A stretch of DNA of 64,000 nucleotides. It comes from a virus. This document shows, one piece after another, positions 27,568-37,733 of the stretch (position 1 is the first letter of the stretch; every line of letters begins with the position of its first letter). The DNA is taken from the IMG/VR virus record IMGVR_UViG_3300025840_000011; one strand, given 5' to 3'. The notes beneath the pieces were generated by a model. The model ran no database searches, was not told the DNA's origin, and saw only the letters and a program-made list of their open reading frames with translations. A program made the position numbers and the translations under genes.

Positions 27568-27986
27568 ATAAGTGGGATGCTGCTCATATGACCTCTGCGG
27601 AAGTCTACGCAAACCTTTCGTCTGCAAGACGGGCGAAGGTTGGTTGTGTTATTGTGAAGGACAACCGCATCGTGTCTATCGGGTATAATGGTATGCCTAG
27701 TGGTTGGGATAATAACTGTGAGTATGGTCTTGATGCAGAACCGACGATCCTGAGAACCAAACCCGAAGTGTTACATGCAGAGACCAATGCAATTGCAAAG
27801 GTCGCCCGTAGTAACGAGTCTTGTGAAAACGCATCCTTGTATACTACGGTTGCCCCCTGTTTGGACTGTGCAAAACTTATCTACCAGTCTGGAATATCGA
27901 AAGTGTTTTGGAGAAACGAGTATCCACGTGGAGAACTGGGTCTAAAGTTTCTTTCAAAGTGTGATATAGAAGTAACCCAAATATGA
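27564..27986 (+). CDS. cd: dCMP deaminase
   Basis: VG..IV, GYNG.P.G, HAE.NAI, PCxxC. Confidence 0.93.
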   Translation: MNKWDAAHMTSAEVYANLSSARRAKVGCVIVKDNRIVSIGYNGMPSGWDNNCEYGLDAEPTILRTKPEVLHAETNAIAKVARSNESCENASLYTTVAPCLDCAKLIYQSGISKVFWRNEYPRGELGLKFLSKCDIEVTQI

Positions 27987-28744
27987 CAACCGCAGATGAT
28001 TTATATGCAAAAGAACTGAGAAAGGTTCTGCGGCATCGCCTCAGGGGAACGATGACCCCCATAGAAAATGTCTTGTACTTCCCAAACAACATCGATGTTA
28101 GGATATGTCCTAAGAATGGTATGAGTAGTTTGAAGTGGGCTATGTTGTATGTCTACGGTGTCCCACAAGATCAGTCTGATCGTGTGAGTCTGACTATGGG
28201 TACGAAAGTTTGGAGGATGGAAGATATTAAGAAACATGGACATAAACCAGACTTACCTTTTCGTAAGGACAGTTACAAAACTTGTGTTTCAAGAGATCCC
28301 ATCAAAAGGTTCATGTCCGCATGTGAGTATATCAAGACTGAGTATGCGAGCTCGGCGGAGATGTTGTCAACTTCGAAGTCATTAACTGTCGAACAACTAG
28401 AACGTTTGTCGAGACTCTCAGATGTAAACCCACTTCCAGATTCTTTGGATGATATTATAGACGGTGTGTGGACTGGTGAAATACATAACTCACACTTCTT
28501 TACGCAGACATACTTTCACGGTAACCGTGGTCAGTATAACAAGATTTGGAGTATGAGTGATTTCAAACGGATGATGGAATGGCTCAGAACCGAAACCAAG
28601 TGCAGTAGAAAGATTGATAAGATACATTCGAACTATACATCCGGTCAATGGTTTGGAGGCGTTGAACTCTTGACACCAGACCAGAAAAAACGTATAATGC
28701 GTATTTACGAAGAGGATTATGATTATGGATGGACAGAAGATTAG
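27983..28744 (+). CDS. Sulfotransferase-family protein
   Basis: PKNG.SSLK (5'-PSB), RDP..RF.S (3'-PB), HF.TQ, Y.ED. Confidence 0.75.
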   Translation: MTTADDLYAKELRKVLRHRLRGTMTPIENVLYFPNNIDVRICPKNGMSSLKWAMLYVYGVPQDQSDRVSLTMGTKVWRMEDIKKHGHKPDLPFRKDSYKTCVSRDPIKRFMSACEYIKTEYASSAEMLSTSKSLTVEQLERLSRLSDVNPLPDSLDDIIDGVWTGEIHNSHFFTQTYFHGNRGQYNKIWSMSDFKRMMEWLRTETKCSRKIDKIHSNYTSGQWFGGVELLTPDQKKRIMRIYEEDYDYGWTED

Positions 28745-29117
28745 TCCGTTTGATTTCTTGAATAGTATCAACACTACCAAGAAAAACCTCATGATAGGAA
28801 CAGACGAAGAGAAGCAGTACGTACCCTTCGTAGTAAACCGTACACTGTCGTACTTTCAAGACACGGTTGGTCTTGCGAATGCGATGAACATTCACCATCA
28901 TATTGACAACCGTCTACAATATGACTTTTTTATAAATATCGTTAGGAAACGAAAACGTTTCTCTAAGTGGGTTAAACCAACCACTTACAATGACGTGGAA
29001 GTAATCAAAGAGTATTATGGCTACAACGATGAGAAAGCCCGCCAAGTAATACCCTTACTGTCTTCCCAACAACTAGAGTTTATAAAAAATAAGGTGAATA
29101 AAGGTGGAAGAAAATAA
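28728..29117 (+). CDS. gp62: Clamp loader small subunit
   Basis: PFDFLNSIN, Y.PF.VNR.LS, RKRKRFSKW, KEYYGY. Confidence 0.92.
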   Translation, partial: DGQKISPFDFLNSINTTKKNLMIGTDEEKQYVPFVVNRTLSYFQDTVGLANAMNIHHHIDNRLQYDFFINIVRKRKRFSKWVKPTTYNDVEVIKEYYGYNDEKARQVIPLLSSQQLEFIKNKVNKGGRK

Positions 29118-29514
29118 GTTAGTCGAATGGAATCCAACGAAAATGTTGGAAGTCACTCTGAGGGAACCAGATGACTTTTTGAAAGTGAGAGAAACCTTGA
29201 CCCGCATTGGAGTAGCGTCTCGTAAAGAAAAGAGGTTGTTTCAGTCCTGCCACATTCTACACAAACAGGGTAGGTACTTTATCGTACATTTCAAGGAACT
29301 GTTTATGTTAGACGGTAAGAAGTCTAATCTAGAGTTGACAGACGTGCAACGAAGAAACACAATCGCAACTCTATTGCAGGACTGGGGACTCGTAGATATT
29401 CACAACAGGGAAGTCGCACAAGATTGTGCACCAATGAGACAGATCAAAATTATTGGTTTTAAGGATAAGGACGAATGGGAGTTGTGTCCTAAGTACAATA
29501 TCGGAAACAAGTAA
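29104..29514 (+). CDS. regA: Translational repressor RegA
   Basis: DDFLKVRETLTRIG, QSCHILHKQGRYFIVHFKELF.LDG, KYNIG. Confidence 0.96.
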   Translation: MEENKLVEWNPTKMLEVTLREPDDFLKVRETLTRIGVASRKEKRLFQSCHILHKQGRYFIVHFKELFMLDGKKSNLELTDVQRRNTIATLLQDWGLVDIHNREVAQDCAPMRQIKIIGFKDKDEWELCPKYNIGNK

Positions 29515-29627
29515 TGGGATTAGTTGGCCTGTTGGCGGTGTTCATGTGTCCTATGGTGTTTGGTGGAATAACCTTCTACTACTCATGGAAGGTCGTACAT
29601 GAAAGAGAGTATGGTAATGAAAGTTGA
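29514..29627 (+). CDS. Small membrane peptide (37 aa)
   Basis: Coupled to the regA stop (TAATG); hydrophobic. Confidence 0.45.
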   Translation: MGLVGLLAVFMCPMVFGGITFYYSWKVVHEREYGNES

Positions 29628-30156
29628 TATATTTGAGGGTAAGGATGAGTACATTGCATCTAAAACCCCGTTCTTTGGTAAGTTGGATGAGGGTCTCGCT
29701 GAGGCGTATGACTGGAACCAACATATGGATCTGTTAGACTGGCATCCTCAAGAAATGATAGATTCTAACAGTACGAAGTTCCGTATTGGTCTTAACAGTT
29801 TTCATCTGAGACCTTCCGCTCCTGAATTTGCAAAAGAGATTGTCGATCAGATGACTGAGACTTTCTCTCTGCATGGAGACAAAAGAAAAATCACCAACAT
29901 TGCGTTTACTGGATTCGGTCAAGAGTCGGATAGTTATCCTTGGCATAAGGATTCTATGGACGTGTTTTTAGTACAAGTTATTGGAACCGTGGGACTTCGT
30001 GTCGAAGGACACAACAACGATGAGGAGTTCGACTTCTCGCCTGGCGATTACGTCTGGTTACCAAGAGGAACCCATCACCAAGTTCTTCCAAGAACAAGTC
30101 GTTGTACGTTCTCGTTCGGTGTAGAAGGGGATCCGGACCCAGCGATATACTTTTAG
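29617..30156 (+). CDS. JmjC/cupin oxygenase (YcfD/RoxA-like)
   Basis: WHKD.MDVFLVQV.G, PGD.V.LPRGT.H. Confidence 0.8.
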   Translation: MKVDIFEGKDEYIASKTPFFGKLDEGLAEAYDWNQHMDLLDWHPQEMIDSNSTKFRIGLNSFHLRPSAPEFAKEIVDQMTETFSLHGDKRKITNIAFTGFGQESDSYPWHKDSMDVFLVQVIGTVGLRVEGHNNDEEFDFSPGDYVWLPRGTHHQVLPRTSRCTFSFGVEGDPDPAIYF

Positions 30157-30728
30157 TAATCCGATCCGTCTGGGTTTATCGTTTTGTGAACAAACGCGAT
30201 AGACGGTACTACTACCCTATCTAGTACACGAAGTCTGACTGTATCCGTGTCGGTGTCCGAATCGTTGACGGGAGTTGTTGGTATACTGTGTGTACTATCC
30301 GAATCGACTAATGTCAATAAGTGAGGCGCTCCAACAATAGTGAAGTCCGAATCGGTAGTAGTAATATAAACTGCACCGTCTACTATATTTGTCAAAGAAT
30401 CATATCCACCACCCTGTAGAGTAAGCGTTCCACCATTCTCGTCTTTTGTTCCCGTTATAATGGTTCCTGTCTTACCACTAAAGGTTATTGTATCGGATAT
30501 CACCTGAACACCATTAATATCGACATTGACCCAACCCATTTGACGGGGTACTGCAACTTGGATGGGAGGATTTTGCCAAGACATAGTTCCCTTGTCAGAA
30601 TCCCACATAAGAGACTTACCTTTACCAGTTGAGCCCGGACTACTGTCTAGTGCGTAAAGGGATGCACCACTATCCACTAGACCATGCATGTTATTGAATG
30701 TATATTTTTTCGGTTGGGGCATTGACAA
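30153..30728 (-). CDS. Hypothetical, probably virion-associated, Thr/Asp/Ser-rich protein
   Basis: Only long ORF in the gap; late-like ACTAAATA on the minus strand at 30761-30768; repeated DSD. Confidence 0.6.
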   Translation of the reverse strand: MSMPQPKKYTFNNMHGLVDSGASLYALDSSPGSTGKGKSLMWDSDKGTMSWQNPPIQVAVPRQMGWVNVDINGVQVISDTITFSGKTGTIITGTKDENGGTLTLQGGGYDSLTNIVDGAVYITTTDSDFTIVGAPHLLTLVDSDSTHSIPTTPVNDSDTDTDTVRLRVLDRVVVPSIAFVHKTINPDGSDY

Positions 30729-30750
30729 AAAATCCTCGTTGTGTTATAGT
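30722..30750 (+). promoter_or_regulatory. Sigma70 promoter TTGACA-17-TATAGT upstream of hsp20
   Basis: Near consensus. Confidence 0.7.
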
Positions 30751-30834
30751 TTTGCAATACTATTTAGTATATATAGCAGTGTACATGCGGATAGTCCGGT
30801 GTACATTAGTCTTGCTTAAAAAAGGAGATACAAC

Positions 30835-31251
30835 ATGACTAATCTTAAAGCGAATACGCTCTTCCCTCGTGCATCTTTTGTGGGGTTTGACCACCTGTTT
30901 CAAGAACTTGATTGGGTTGCCAAACACGCTACTGATACGTACCCACCTCACAATATAGTGAAGGTATCTGATGACGATTATCTAATCGAAGTCGCATGTG
31001 CAGGGTTTACTTTGGACGATTTGGAGATCGAACAGGACGAACGGACATTGACCGTAACTGGTCAACAGGAAGTTCCTGCTGAACGTGAATACCTACATAA
31101 AGGTATCTCGCAGAAGAAGTTCAAGAGAGTGTTTAGACTGTCAGAATACGTCTTTGTTGACGGTGCTTCTTTGACGGACGGAATCCTGTCTATCCAGTTG
31201 AAGTTTGAACTTCCCGAAGAGAAGAGACCTCGTAAGATCGATATTTCATAA
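30835..31251 (+). CDS. Small heat-shock protein (Hsp20/IbpA-like)
   Basis: GFD.LF, YPPHNI, IEVA.AGF, YLHKGIS...F.R.F.L, DGIL.I.L...PEEK.PR.I.I. Confidence 0.95.
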   Translation: MTNLKANTLFPRASFVGFDHLFQELDWVAKHATDTYPPHNIVKVSDDDYLIEVACAGFTLDDLEIEQDERTLTVTGQQEVPAEREYLHKGISQKKFKRVFRLSEYVFVDGASLTDGILSIQLKFELPEEKRPRKIDIS

Positions 31252-31270
31252 ATCTAACGAGGAGAAAATT

Positions 31271-31363
31271 ATGAAAACTGACCTAGTAGAACGGGTCGGT
31301 GAGGCAGTGATGTGTTTGTGGGTAGTCGCAATCATGGTCACGGCTTTCCAGCCCCTAGTATAA
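31271..31363 (+). CDS. Small membrane peptide (30 aa)
   Basis: Strong SD gaggag; followed by a hairpin at 31371-31390. Confidence 0.5.
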   Translation: MKTDLVERVGEAVMCLWVVAIMVTAFQPLV

Positions 31364-31400
31364 AAAGACAGGGGGGTGAAAGTCCCCCCACTCGTGAGGA

Positions 31401-32201
31401 ATGATGAAGGTATACCAAATTGTAATGAAGGGTGATGAGAGATCGGAGAAGTACGCCGAACTCAGTAAGTTATCTTTTCAGAACCTTATAGATGATGGCA
31501 CGTTGGACTGGAACGTGTTTGATGCGATCACTCCAGAACACCCTGACTTCGAAGAACACGTTGCGAAGTACGATTGGAGACCATCCCTCGCCAGACTGGA
31601 TGCGGGGAAACAACCTCAAGATCATTCCCCAACAGAGAAAGCGGGAATGTGTTCTCACTGGGAGTTGATGCGTCAACAAGGTGCAACCGGAGAACGGTTC
31701 CTAGTTATGGAACATGATACGTATCTATGGCCTCAACATGAAAACGAATTCCGCAACCTACTCACGTACATTCACGCAAAAAATATAATCTACGCAAACA
31801 TAGGTTTGTTCATGGGGTGTTATACCTTCAAACCGTTTTGTGCAGCGTGGCAGTACAGACTACTAACCGAACAAAAGTTCTGGATTAACTGTGGTCCTTA
31901 TGGTGTACTAGAGAGACTATTCAAGAACTACGTTGATCACTTCTTGTCAAAACAAGATAAGAGTCGTATACCTGAGAACTACATCATCCACCCTTGGTCT
32001 AACGGAGACACCTTGTATTTTGGTAGAGACATACATTTACCATACAATCACCGTGACCCCGATCCAATGCAGTCAGTCAAAAACCCGACAACGCAGATGG
32101 TGTCTAAGTCTCTCGCCGTGACTCAGGACCATCATGGTTATCCAGACATACACATAGAACAACCTTGGACTCGTTCAGATCAATTTAAAGTTATCCCTTG
32201 A
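31401..32201 (+). CDS. GT25-like glycosyltransferase
   Basis: FDAITP, E.AG..SH..L, FLVMEHD resemble LPS GT25 (LgtB/Lex2) motifs. Confidence 0.7.
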   Translation: MMKVYQIVMKGDERSEKYAELSKLSFQNLIDDGTLDWNVFDAITPEHPDFEEHVAKYDWRPSLARLDAGKQPQDHSPTEKAGMCSHWELMRQQGATGERFLVMEHDTYLWPQHENEFRNLLTYIHAKNIIYANIGLFMGCYTFKPFCAAWQYRLLTEQKFWINCGPYGVLERLFKNYVDHFLSKQDKSRIPENYIIHPWSNGDTLYFGRDIHLPYNHRDPDPMQSVKNPTTQMVSKSLAVTQDHHGYPDIHIEQPWTRSDQFKVIP

Positions 32202-32227
32202 CAGAAGACGCCCTACTGTTATATAAT
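32198..32227 (+). promoter_or_regulatory. Sigma70 promoter TTGACA-18-TATAAT for gp43
   Basis: Consensus hexamers. Confidence 0.75.
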
Positions 32228-32253
32228 ACAACCCTACTGAAAAAAGGCGCACC

Positions 32254-34737
32254 ATGAATCAACCAATGTTTTACACTTCCGTGGTCCGGTACGGCAGTAA
32301 CATCCTGTTCCGTGGGTTTGCGGAGAACGGAAAAAAACTTCAAACCAAAGTCCCCTACAAACCTACCCTGTACGTGCAGTCCGACAAGAGACAATCGGGG
32401 TGGAAGGCGATTGACGGTACTTCTGTCGAACCTCTCAAGTTTGACTCCATGAAGGAGGCGACTGAGTTCCAGAAACGTTACGAGGACGTACCCAACTTCA
32501 AGGTCTACGGGATGAACAACTTCGTGTCTCAGTTCATTGCAGACATGTTCCCTACCCCTATCGAATTCAACCGTGACTGGATCGATGTGTGCACCATCGA
32601 CATTGAGGTCGCATCTGACGAAGGGTTCCCCGAACCCGACAAGGCAGATCATCCGGTCATCGCCATCACTATCAAGAACCCCAACGGTCCCTATCGCGTC
32701 TGGGGTCTGTATGACTACAATGCGGGTGAGGATGTGATCTACGAGAAGTGCGACTCCGAAGCGCAACTCCTCATGAAGTTCGTCGATCACTGGTTCCGTA
32801 ACCAACCCGACATCGTGACCGGATGGAACACACGATTCTTCGACATTCCCTATCTGGTCAACCGTATTGGTAAAACCATTGGCGCGGACATGGTGAAGAA
32901 ACTTTCACCGTGGGGTCTGGTACGTGAAGGTAACGTAACCATCAACGGAAAGAAACAACAGGAGTACACCCTCGAAGGTATCCAACACCTCGACTATCTA
33001 GAAATCTTCAAGAAGTTCACCTACAACACTCTGGGTCAACAGGAGTCCTATCGACTGGACCACATCGCCCACGTAGTACTGGGTGAGGGTAAACTATCCT
33101 ACGAAGAACACGGTACACTGTACTCCCTGTACAAGACTGACTTCCAGAAGTTCATTGACTACAACATCAAGGACGTGGAACTGGTCGAGAAACTCGACGA
33201 GAAACTTGACCTGATCTCTCTGGTCCTGACCATGGCGTATCGCGGTGGTGTGAACTACAACGACACGATGGGGACCACAAACATCTGGGACACCATCATC
33301 TACCGCATCTTGAACGAACAGAAAGTTGCAGTACCACCCAAGGTCGAGAAGGTCAAGACATCGTATCCAGGCGGATACGTCAAGGAACCTCAAGTCGGTT
33401 CCCATGACTGGGTGACATCGTTCGACTTGAACTCACTGTACCCGAACATCATTGTCCAGTACAACATGTCACCTGAGACTGTCCTTGATGGTTTCTACAA
33501 TGACGTGTCCGTGGACGCATTCCTTTCCGGCGACATCGATGTGTCCGGTAGTCCTTTCTCTGTCGCACCTACCGGAATTAAGTTTACTCACGAACGTGAG
33601 GGTGTGATCCCCAACATCATTAAGAAATACTATGACGAACGCCGTGTGGTCAAGAAGGAGATGTTGCGACTACAACAAGAATACCAGAACAATCCCACAC
33701 GGGAACTGGACAACAAGATCACGTCACTGAACAACCAACAGATGGCGATCAAGATTCTGATGAACTCACTCTACGGTGCGTTGGGTAATCGGTGGTTCCG
33801 ATACTTTGACCAACGTGTTGCGGAGTCGATCACCCTTGCGGGACAACTCGCAATCAAGTGGGCGGAACGTGCGGTCAACGATGAGATGCAAAAACTTCTC
33901 AAGACGGAAGAAGACTACGTTGTTGCAATTGACACCGACTCTGTTTACATTCGGATGGGTGATCTTGTTGACAAGTTCAACCCGAAGGATCCTGTAAAGT
34001 TCCTTGACAAGATTTGTTCCGAACACTTCGAGAAAGTATTGTCTAAATCCTATGCGGAGATGGCGAGAGTCACCAGTGCAATGGTCAACCGTATGGAGAT
34101 GGGACGCGAGGTAATCGCAGACCGTGGTATCTGGATGGCGAAGAAACGTTACATCCTCAACGTGCACAACAACGAGGGTGTGCAGTACGCACAACCCAAA
34201 CTCAAGTTGATGGGTATCGAAGCGGTCAAGTCATCTACGCCTCAGGTTGTGCGTGACAAGTTTCAAGAAATCTTTCGGGTCATCATAGAAGGTACTGAGT
34301 CAGACACACAGTCCTTTATTGGGAACTTTAAGACCCAATTTGGGACTCTTCCTCCCGAAGACGTGTCGTTCCCTCGTGGGGTTTCGGAGATCACCAAGTG
34401 GCAGGATCGACAGACCGTCTACAAGAAGGGTTGTCCTATCCACGTGCGTGGTGCACTGGTCTACAACGATACGGTTAAGAAGAACGCACTTGACAAGAGG
34501 TACGTCTACGTCCAGAACGGAGAGAAGATCAAGTTCGTCTACCTGAAGATGCCCAACCGTCTGGGTGAGAACGTGGTGTCGTTCCCCTTGAACCTACCCA
34601 AGGAGTTCGGGTTGCATGACTTCATCGACTATGACATGATGTTCCGGAAGACGTTCCTAGATCCTCTCGAACCAATCCTTGATGCAGTCGGGTGGGCGGC
34701 AGAACCACGTGCAACCCTAGAAGACTTTTTCTCTTGA
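32254..34737 (+). CDS. gp43: Family B DNA polymerase
   Basis: DIE (ExoI), [16 protein letters not shown]...NS.YG, DTDS, KKRY. Confidence 0.98.
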   Translation: MNQPMFYTSVVRYGSNILFRGFAENGKKLQTKVPYKPTLYVQSDKRQSGWKAIDGTSVEPLKFDSMKEATEFQKRYEDVPNFKVYGMNNFVSQFIADMFPTPIEFNRDWIDVCTIDIEVASDEGFPEPDKADHPVIAITIKNPNGPYRVWGLYDYNAGEDVIYEKCDSEAQLLMKFVDHWFRNQPDIVTGWNTRFFDIPYLVNRIGKTIGADMVKKLSPWGLVREGNVTINGKKQQEYTLEGIQHLDYLEIFKKFTYNTLGQQESYRLDHIAHVVLGEGKLSYEEHGTLYSLYKTDFQKFIDYNIKDVELVEKLDEKLDLISLVLTMAYRGGVNYNDTMGTTNIWDTIIYRILNEQKVAVPPKVEKVKTSYPGGYVKEPQVGSHDWVTSFDLNSLYPNIIVQYNMSPETVLDGFYNDVSVDAFLSGDIDVSGSPFSVAPTGIKFTHEREGVIPNIIKKYYDERRVVKKEMLRLQQEYQNNPTRELDNKITSLNNQQMAIKILMNSLYGALGNRWFRYFDQRVAESITLAGQLAIKWAERAVNDEMQKLLKTEEDYVVAIDTDSVYIRMGDLVDKFNPKDPVKFLDKICSEHFEKVLSKSYAEMARVTSAMVNRMEMGREVIADRGIWMAKKRYILNVHNNEGVQYAQPKLKLMGIEAVKSSTPQVVRDKFQEIFRVIIEGTESDTQSFIGNFKTQFGTLPPEDVSFPRGVSEITKWQDRQTVYKKGCPIHVRGALVYNDTVKKNALDKRYVYVQNGEKIKFVYLKMPNRLGENVVSFPLNLPKEFGLHDFIDYDMMFRKTFLDPLEPILDAVGWAAEPRATLEDFFS

Positions 34738-34763
34738 CAGAAACCGCGAAGATTTGTTATGAT
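34734..34763 (+). promoter_or_regulatory. Sigma70 promoter TTGACA-18-(TGn)TATGAT (leaderless geometry)
   Basis: -10 ends 7 nt before ATG 34770. Confidence 0.7.
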
Positions 34764-34769
34764 GTGTCT

Positions 34770-35708
34770 ATGTTTGAACTAACACTATTCCGCAATCAGT
34801 TTGATAACAAGACTCACAATCGGGTCCAGTTCGATTCGTGGGATAAATTTGTTAAGTGGTTGTATCGCATATCACAAGTGAAAGGAGAGAAGGGTGGAAA
34901 TAATTCTAGTCCTCTTATTAGTCCTGCTGTTTTCGAAATGGGTTCGAAACGTTCTAATAAATCTACTAGTCATTGGGGTGGTTGGTGCGCTGTTGATGTT
35001 GATGATCACAATTTTGGTGTGGATCTTTCAACCCTTGAGCGAAGACTGCAAGATCAATTCGGAGGATACGACTATGTTGTGTACAATACTGCGTCAAGTA
35101 GATCAGACAACCTCAAGTTTCGGATCGTCTTCCGACTCGACGAACCCGTCGAAAACGAAAGGATCAAATCCTTCTGGTATGCTCTGAATACAGAACTAGG
35201 TGAGATCGGAGATCCTCAGACAAAAGACCTTGCACGTATGTACTATGTGCCGGCGCAGTATCCTAACGCAACATCTTTCTTCTTTGCGAACTCTGGTTCT
35301 GCACTCAACGTATCTGAGTTGATTGCAAAACATCCTTACCACGAGAAGACAGGTAATTCTTTCCTAGATAGATTACCAGAAAGTTTACAGAAGGCAGTGA
35401 TAGAACATCGTAAGTCCCAACTGGACAACACTAACATAGTATGGACATCGTATCACGATTGTCCGTTCTGGCCTAAGTCGTTAGGTGCGGAATATATACA
35501 GATCAGTGGTACAGGTTGGTATCACAAAATGTATCAGATCATGGTCGCTGTTGCGGGCCGCGCAACAGAAAGTAACTATCCCATAACTGCACAACAGATT
35601 GCGGATATGTGTAAACAGTTCGACGCTGAAACTGGTAACTGGTACGAGAACAGACCTCTCATTGTAGAGGCCGACAGAGCATTGGAGTACATTTACCGAA
35701 ATGGATAA
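34770..35708 (+). CDS. Primase-polymerase (AEP-like) protein with PriCT-like C-terminus
   Basis: SPA.F, AVDVD (DxD), T.SS....KFRIVF.L..PV, D..TKD.ARMYYVP. Confidence 0.7.
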   Translation: MFELTLFRNQFDNKTHNRVQFDSWDKFVKWLYRISQVKGEKGGNNSSPLISPAVFEMGSKRSNKSTSHWGGWCAVDVDDHNFGVDLSTLERRLQDQFGGYDYVVYNTASSRSDNLKFRIVFRLDEPVENERIKSFWYALNTELGEIGDPQTKDLARMYYVPAQYPNATSFFFANSGSALNVSELIAKHPYHEKTGNSFLDRLPESLQKAVIEHRKSQLDNTNIVWTSYHDCPFWPKSLGAEYIQISGTGWYHKMYQIMVAVAGRATESNYPITAQQIADMCKQFDAETGNWYENRPLIVEADRALEYIYRNG

Positions 35709-36699
35709 TAAAAGAATATTAGTCACCGGAGCTGCAGGGTTCATAGGATCTCAGTTGTGTCTAAGACTCACAGGAATGGGTCATGATGTTATTGGATGCG
35801 ATAACTGGAACAGTCATCTCTATGATCCTTGGTTGAAAGTTAAAAGACATACTAACTTTGGTATGCAGATCATGGACATGGACATACGTGATGAACTGAT
35901 GCTGGGTAACCTTTTAAACGATCAACGTTTGATACCGGATGTTGTGGGCGAACCCTTTGACTATGTTATACATCTCGCCGCACACGCAGGGGTGCGTGAC
36001 TCGTTTGGGAAAGAATCAGAGTATCACTCAAACAACATTGATGGTACACAGAACCTAATTAATCTGTTCGAAAACTACAGTCCCCAAACAAAATTCATCT
36101 ATGCATCTACCAGTTCTGTATATGGAGGAACTCCTATTTCAGAGAATGGGTGGAAGGAAGACTTTGTTCAGGCGCACCAACTTAACGCCTATGCATATAC
36201 CAAATACATCAACGAGTGTCAGTTCGGAATTTCCAAGTTGTTTAGTACAGGACTACGTTTCTTTACCGTGTACGGACCTTGGGGTAGACCAGACATGGCA
36301 CTCTTCCAATTTACGAAATCAACCCTTGACGGAACGCCAATAAAGGTGTATAATTATGGGGATATGAAGCGGGACTTCACCTACATCGATGATATCCTTG
36401 ACGGGATCTGCATCGTTTTGGCGAACGTGGAATCTGGAGTCATTCCCAATAATGAGATATTTAATATTGGTAGAGGCGAACAGGTTCAACTGATGGACTT
36501 CATCTCAGAGATTGAGAAGAACGTTGGTAAGGAAGTTACGAAGGAGATGGTTGCGAAACATCCCGCCGATACAAAAGAGACGTGGAGTAACACAGACAAA
36601 CTTCAAAAACTAGGATATACACCGAAGGTCAGTATTGCAGAAGGTGTTGCAAAATTCTATGAGTGGTACAAAAATTTTTATGACGTAGAGGAGACATAA
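35701..36699 (+). CDS. NAD-dependent epimerase (UDP-glucuronate 4-epimerase-like)
   Basis: VTGAAGFIG, HLAA.AGVR.S, YxxxK, LRFFTVYGPWGRPDMA, RDFTYIDD. Confidence 0.92.
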   Translation: MDNKRILVTGAAGFIGSQLCLRLTGMGHDVIGCDNWNSHLYDPWLKVKRHTNFGMQIMDMDIRDELMLGNLLNDQRLIPDVVGEPFDYVIHLAAHAGVRDSFGKESEYHSNNIDGTQNLINLFENYSPQTKFIYASTSSVYGGTPISENGWKEDFVQAHQLNAYAYTKYINECQFGISKLFSTGLRFFTVYGPWGRPDMALFQFTKSTLDGTPIKVYNYGDMKRDFTYIDDILDGICIVLANVESGVIPNNEIFNIGRGEQVQLMDFISEIEKNVGKEVTKEMVAKHPADTKETWSNTDKLQKLGYTPKVSIAEGVAKFYEWYKNFYDVEET

Positions 36700-36701
36700 T
36701 A

Positions 36702-37733
36702 ATGGCAGATAATTTTGATGACTTTGTTCCGAAGACTTCGGACGGTCCATCTCAGGCAGACAAACAGAAACCTATTAGTCCGGATAACCCTTTCAAGTTG
36801 GGTATTGTCGGTCATGGGTTTGTAGGTAAGGCAGTAGAGTATGCATTCCTACATCCACTAGTGGACTTGCAGATTGCAGATCCAAAGTATGGTCCAGAGG
36901 CATCCATCGATGCGATGGTTGAGTTCGAACCACACTGTGTGTTTGTGTGTGCACCCACACCCATGAACCCCGACAGTGGATTTGTTGATGCATCTATCGT
37001 AGAGGATGCGGTACTCAAACTGATCGAACACACCGAGTCTCTTGTTGTTGTCAAATCAACAATCACTCCGGACGTTATTGATCGACTCTACAACTCTATG
37101 TTTGAGGACGGTATTGATCGTTTCGTGTACAACCCTGAGTTCCTTACGGAGAAGTCGGCAGAGGAACAGTTTGTAAATGCAGAGTTCCACGTACTTGGTG
37201 GTAGTGAACGTGCAACTGCCGAACTGGTAGAAATCTATGACGTGTTCAGTCTGTGTAAGTCTAACGAGTACTTCCGCATGGCGGCCGCAGAGGCATCGTT
37301 CGTGAAGTATGCAATCAACACTTACCTTGCAACTAAGGTTACCTTCTTTAACCAACTGTATGACCTGATCAATGCGTGGGGTTGTTCTTACAACATCGTT
37401 ACACGTGCGGTTGGCCGAGATCCTCGTGTTGGTGTTGGACACACCCGTGTGCCGGGTTATGACCGCAAACGTGGGTTTGGTGGTGCATGTTTACCCAAGG
37501 ATGCAACCGCATTCTTAAAGTTCTCTGAGGCAGAGGACCAAGAGGGTAACAAGATTAGTTTCGATTTAATCGAAAAAGTCCTTGACATAAACAGCCGATA
37601 TCGTGCATACTATGAGCTAGATGAACGAGAGAAAGCGAACAATATTACTTTTGGAGATGTGAATAATGAGCGTGATGGACAAACTGAAGAAGAACTCGAA
37701 GATCAAGACAACGGAGGTACTGTCGGAGAGTAA
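36702..37733 (+). CDS. UDP-glucose/GDP-mannose dehydrogenase family protein (short form)
   Basis: GHGFVG, VKST, NPEFL, K...N..LA.K..F.N, GFGGACLPKD; appears to lack the C-terminal UDP-binding domain. Confidence 0.88.
   Translation: MADNFDDFVPKTSDGPSQADKQKPISPDNPFKLGIVGHGFVGKAVEYAFLHPLVDLQIADPKYGPEASIDAMVEFEPHCVFVCAPTPMNPDSGFVDASIVEDAVLKLIEHTESLVVVKSTITPDVIDRLYNSMFEDGIDRFVYNPEFLTEKSAEEQFVNAEFHVLGGSERATAELVEIYDVFSLCKSNEYFRMAAAEASFVKYAINTYLATKVTFFNQLYDLINAWGCSYNIVTRAVGRDPRVGVGHTRVPGYDRKRGFGGACLPKDATAFLKFSEAEDQEGNKISFDLIEKVLDINSRYRAYYELDEREKANNITFGDVNNERDGQTEEELEDQDNGGTVGE

Noticed and set aside
32191-34194. Long minus-strand ORFs opposite gp43 and other core genes
   Set aside because: They are shadow ORFs arising from codon bias, with no SD, promoter or recognisable motifs
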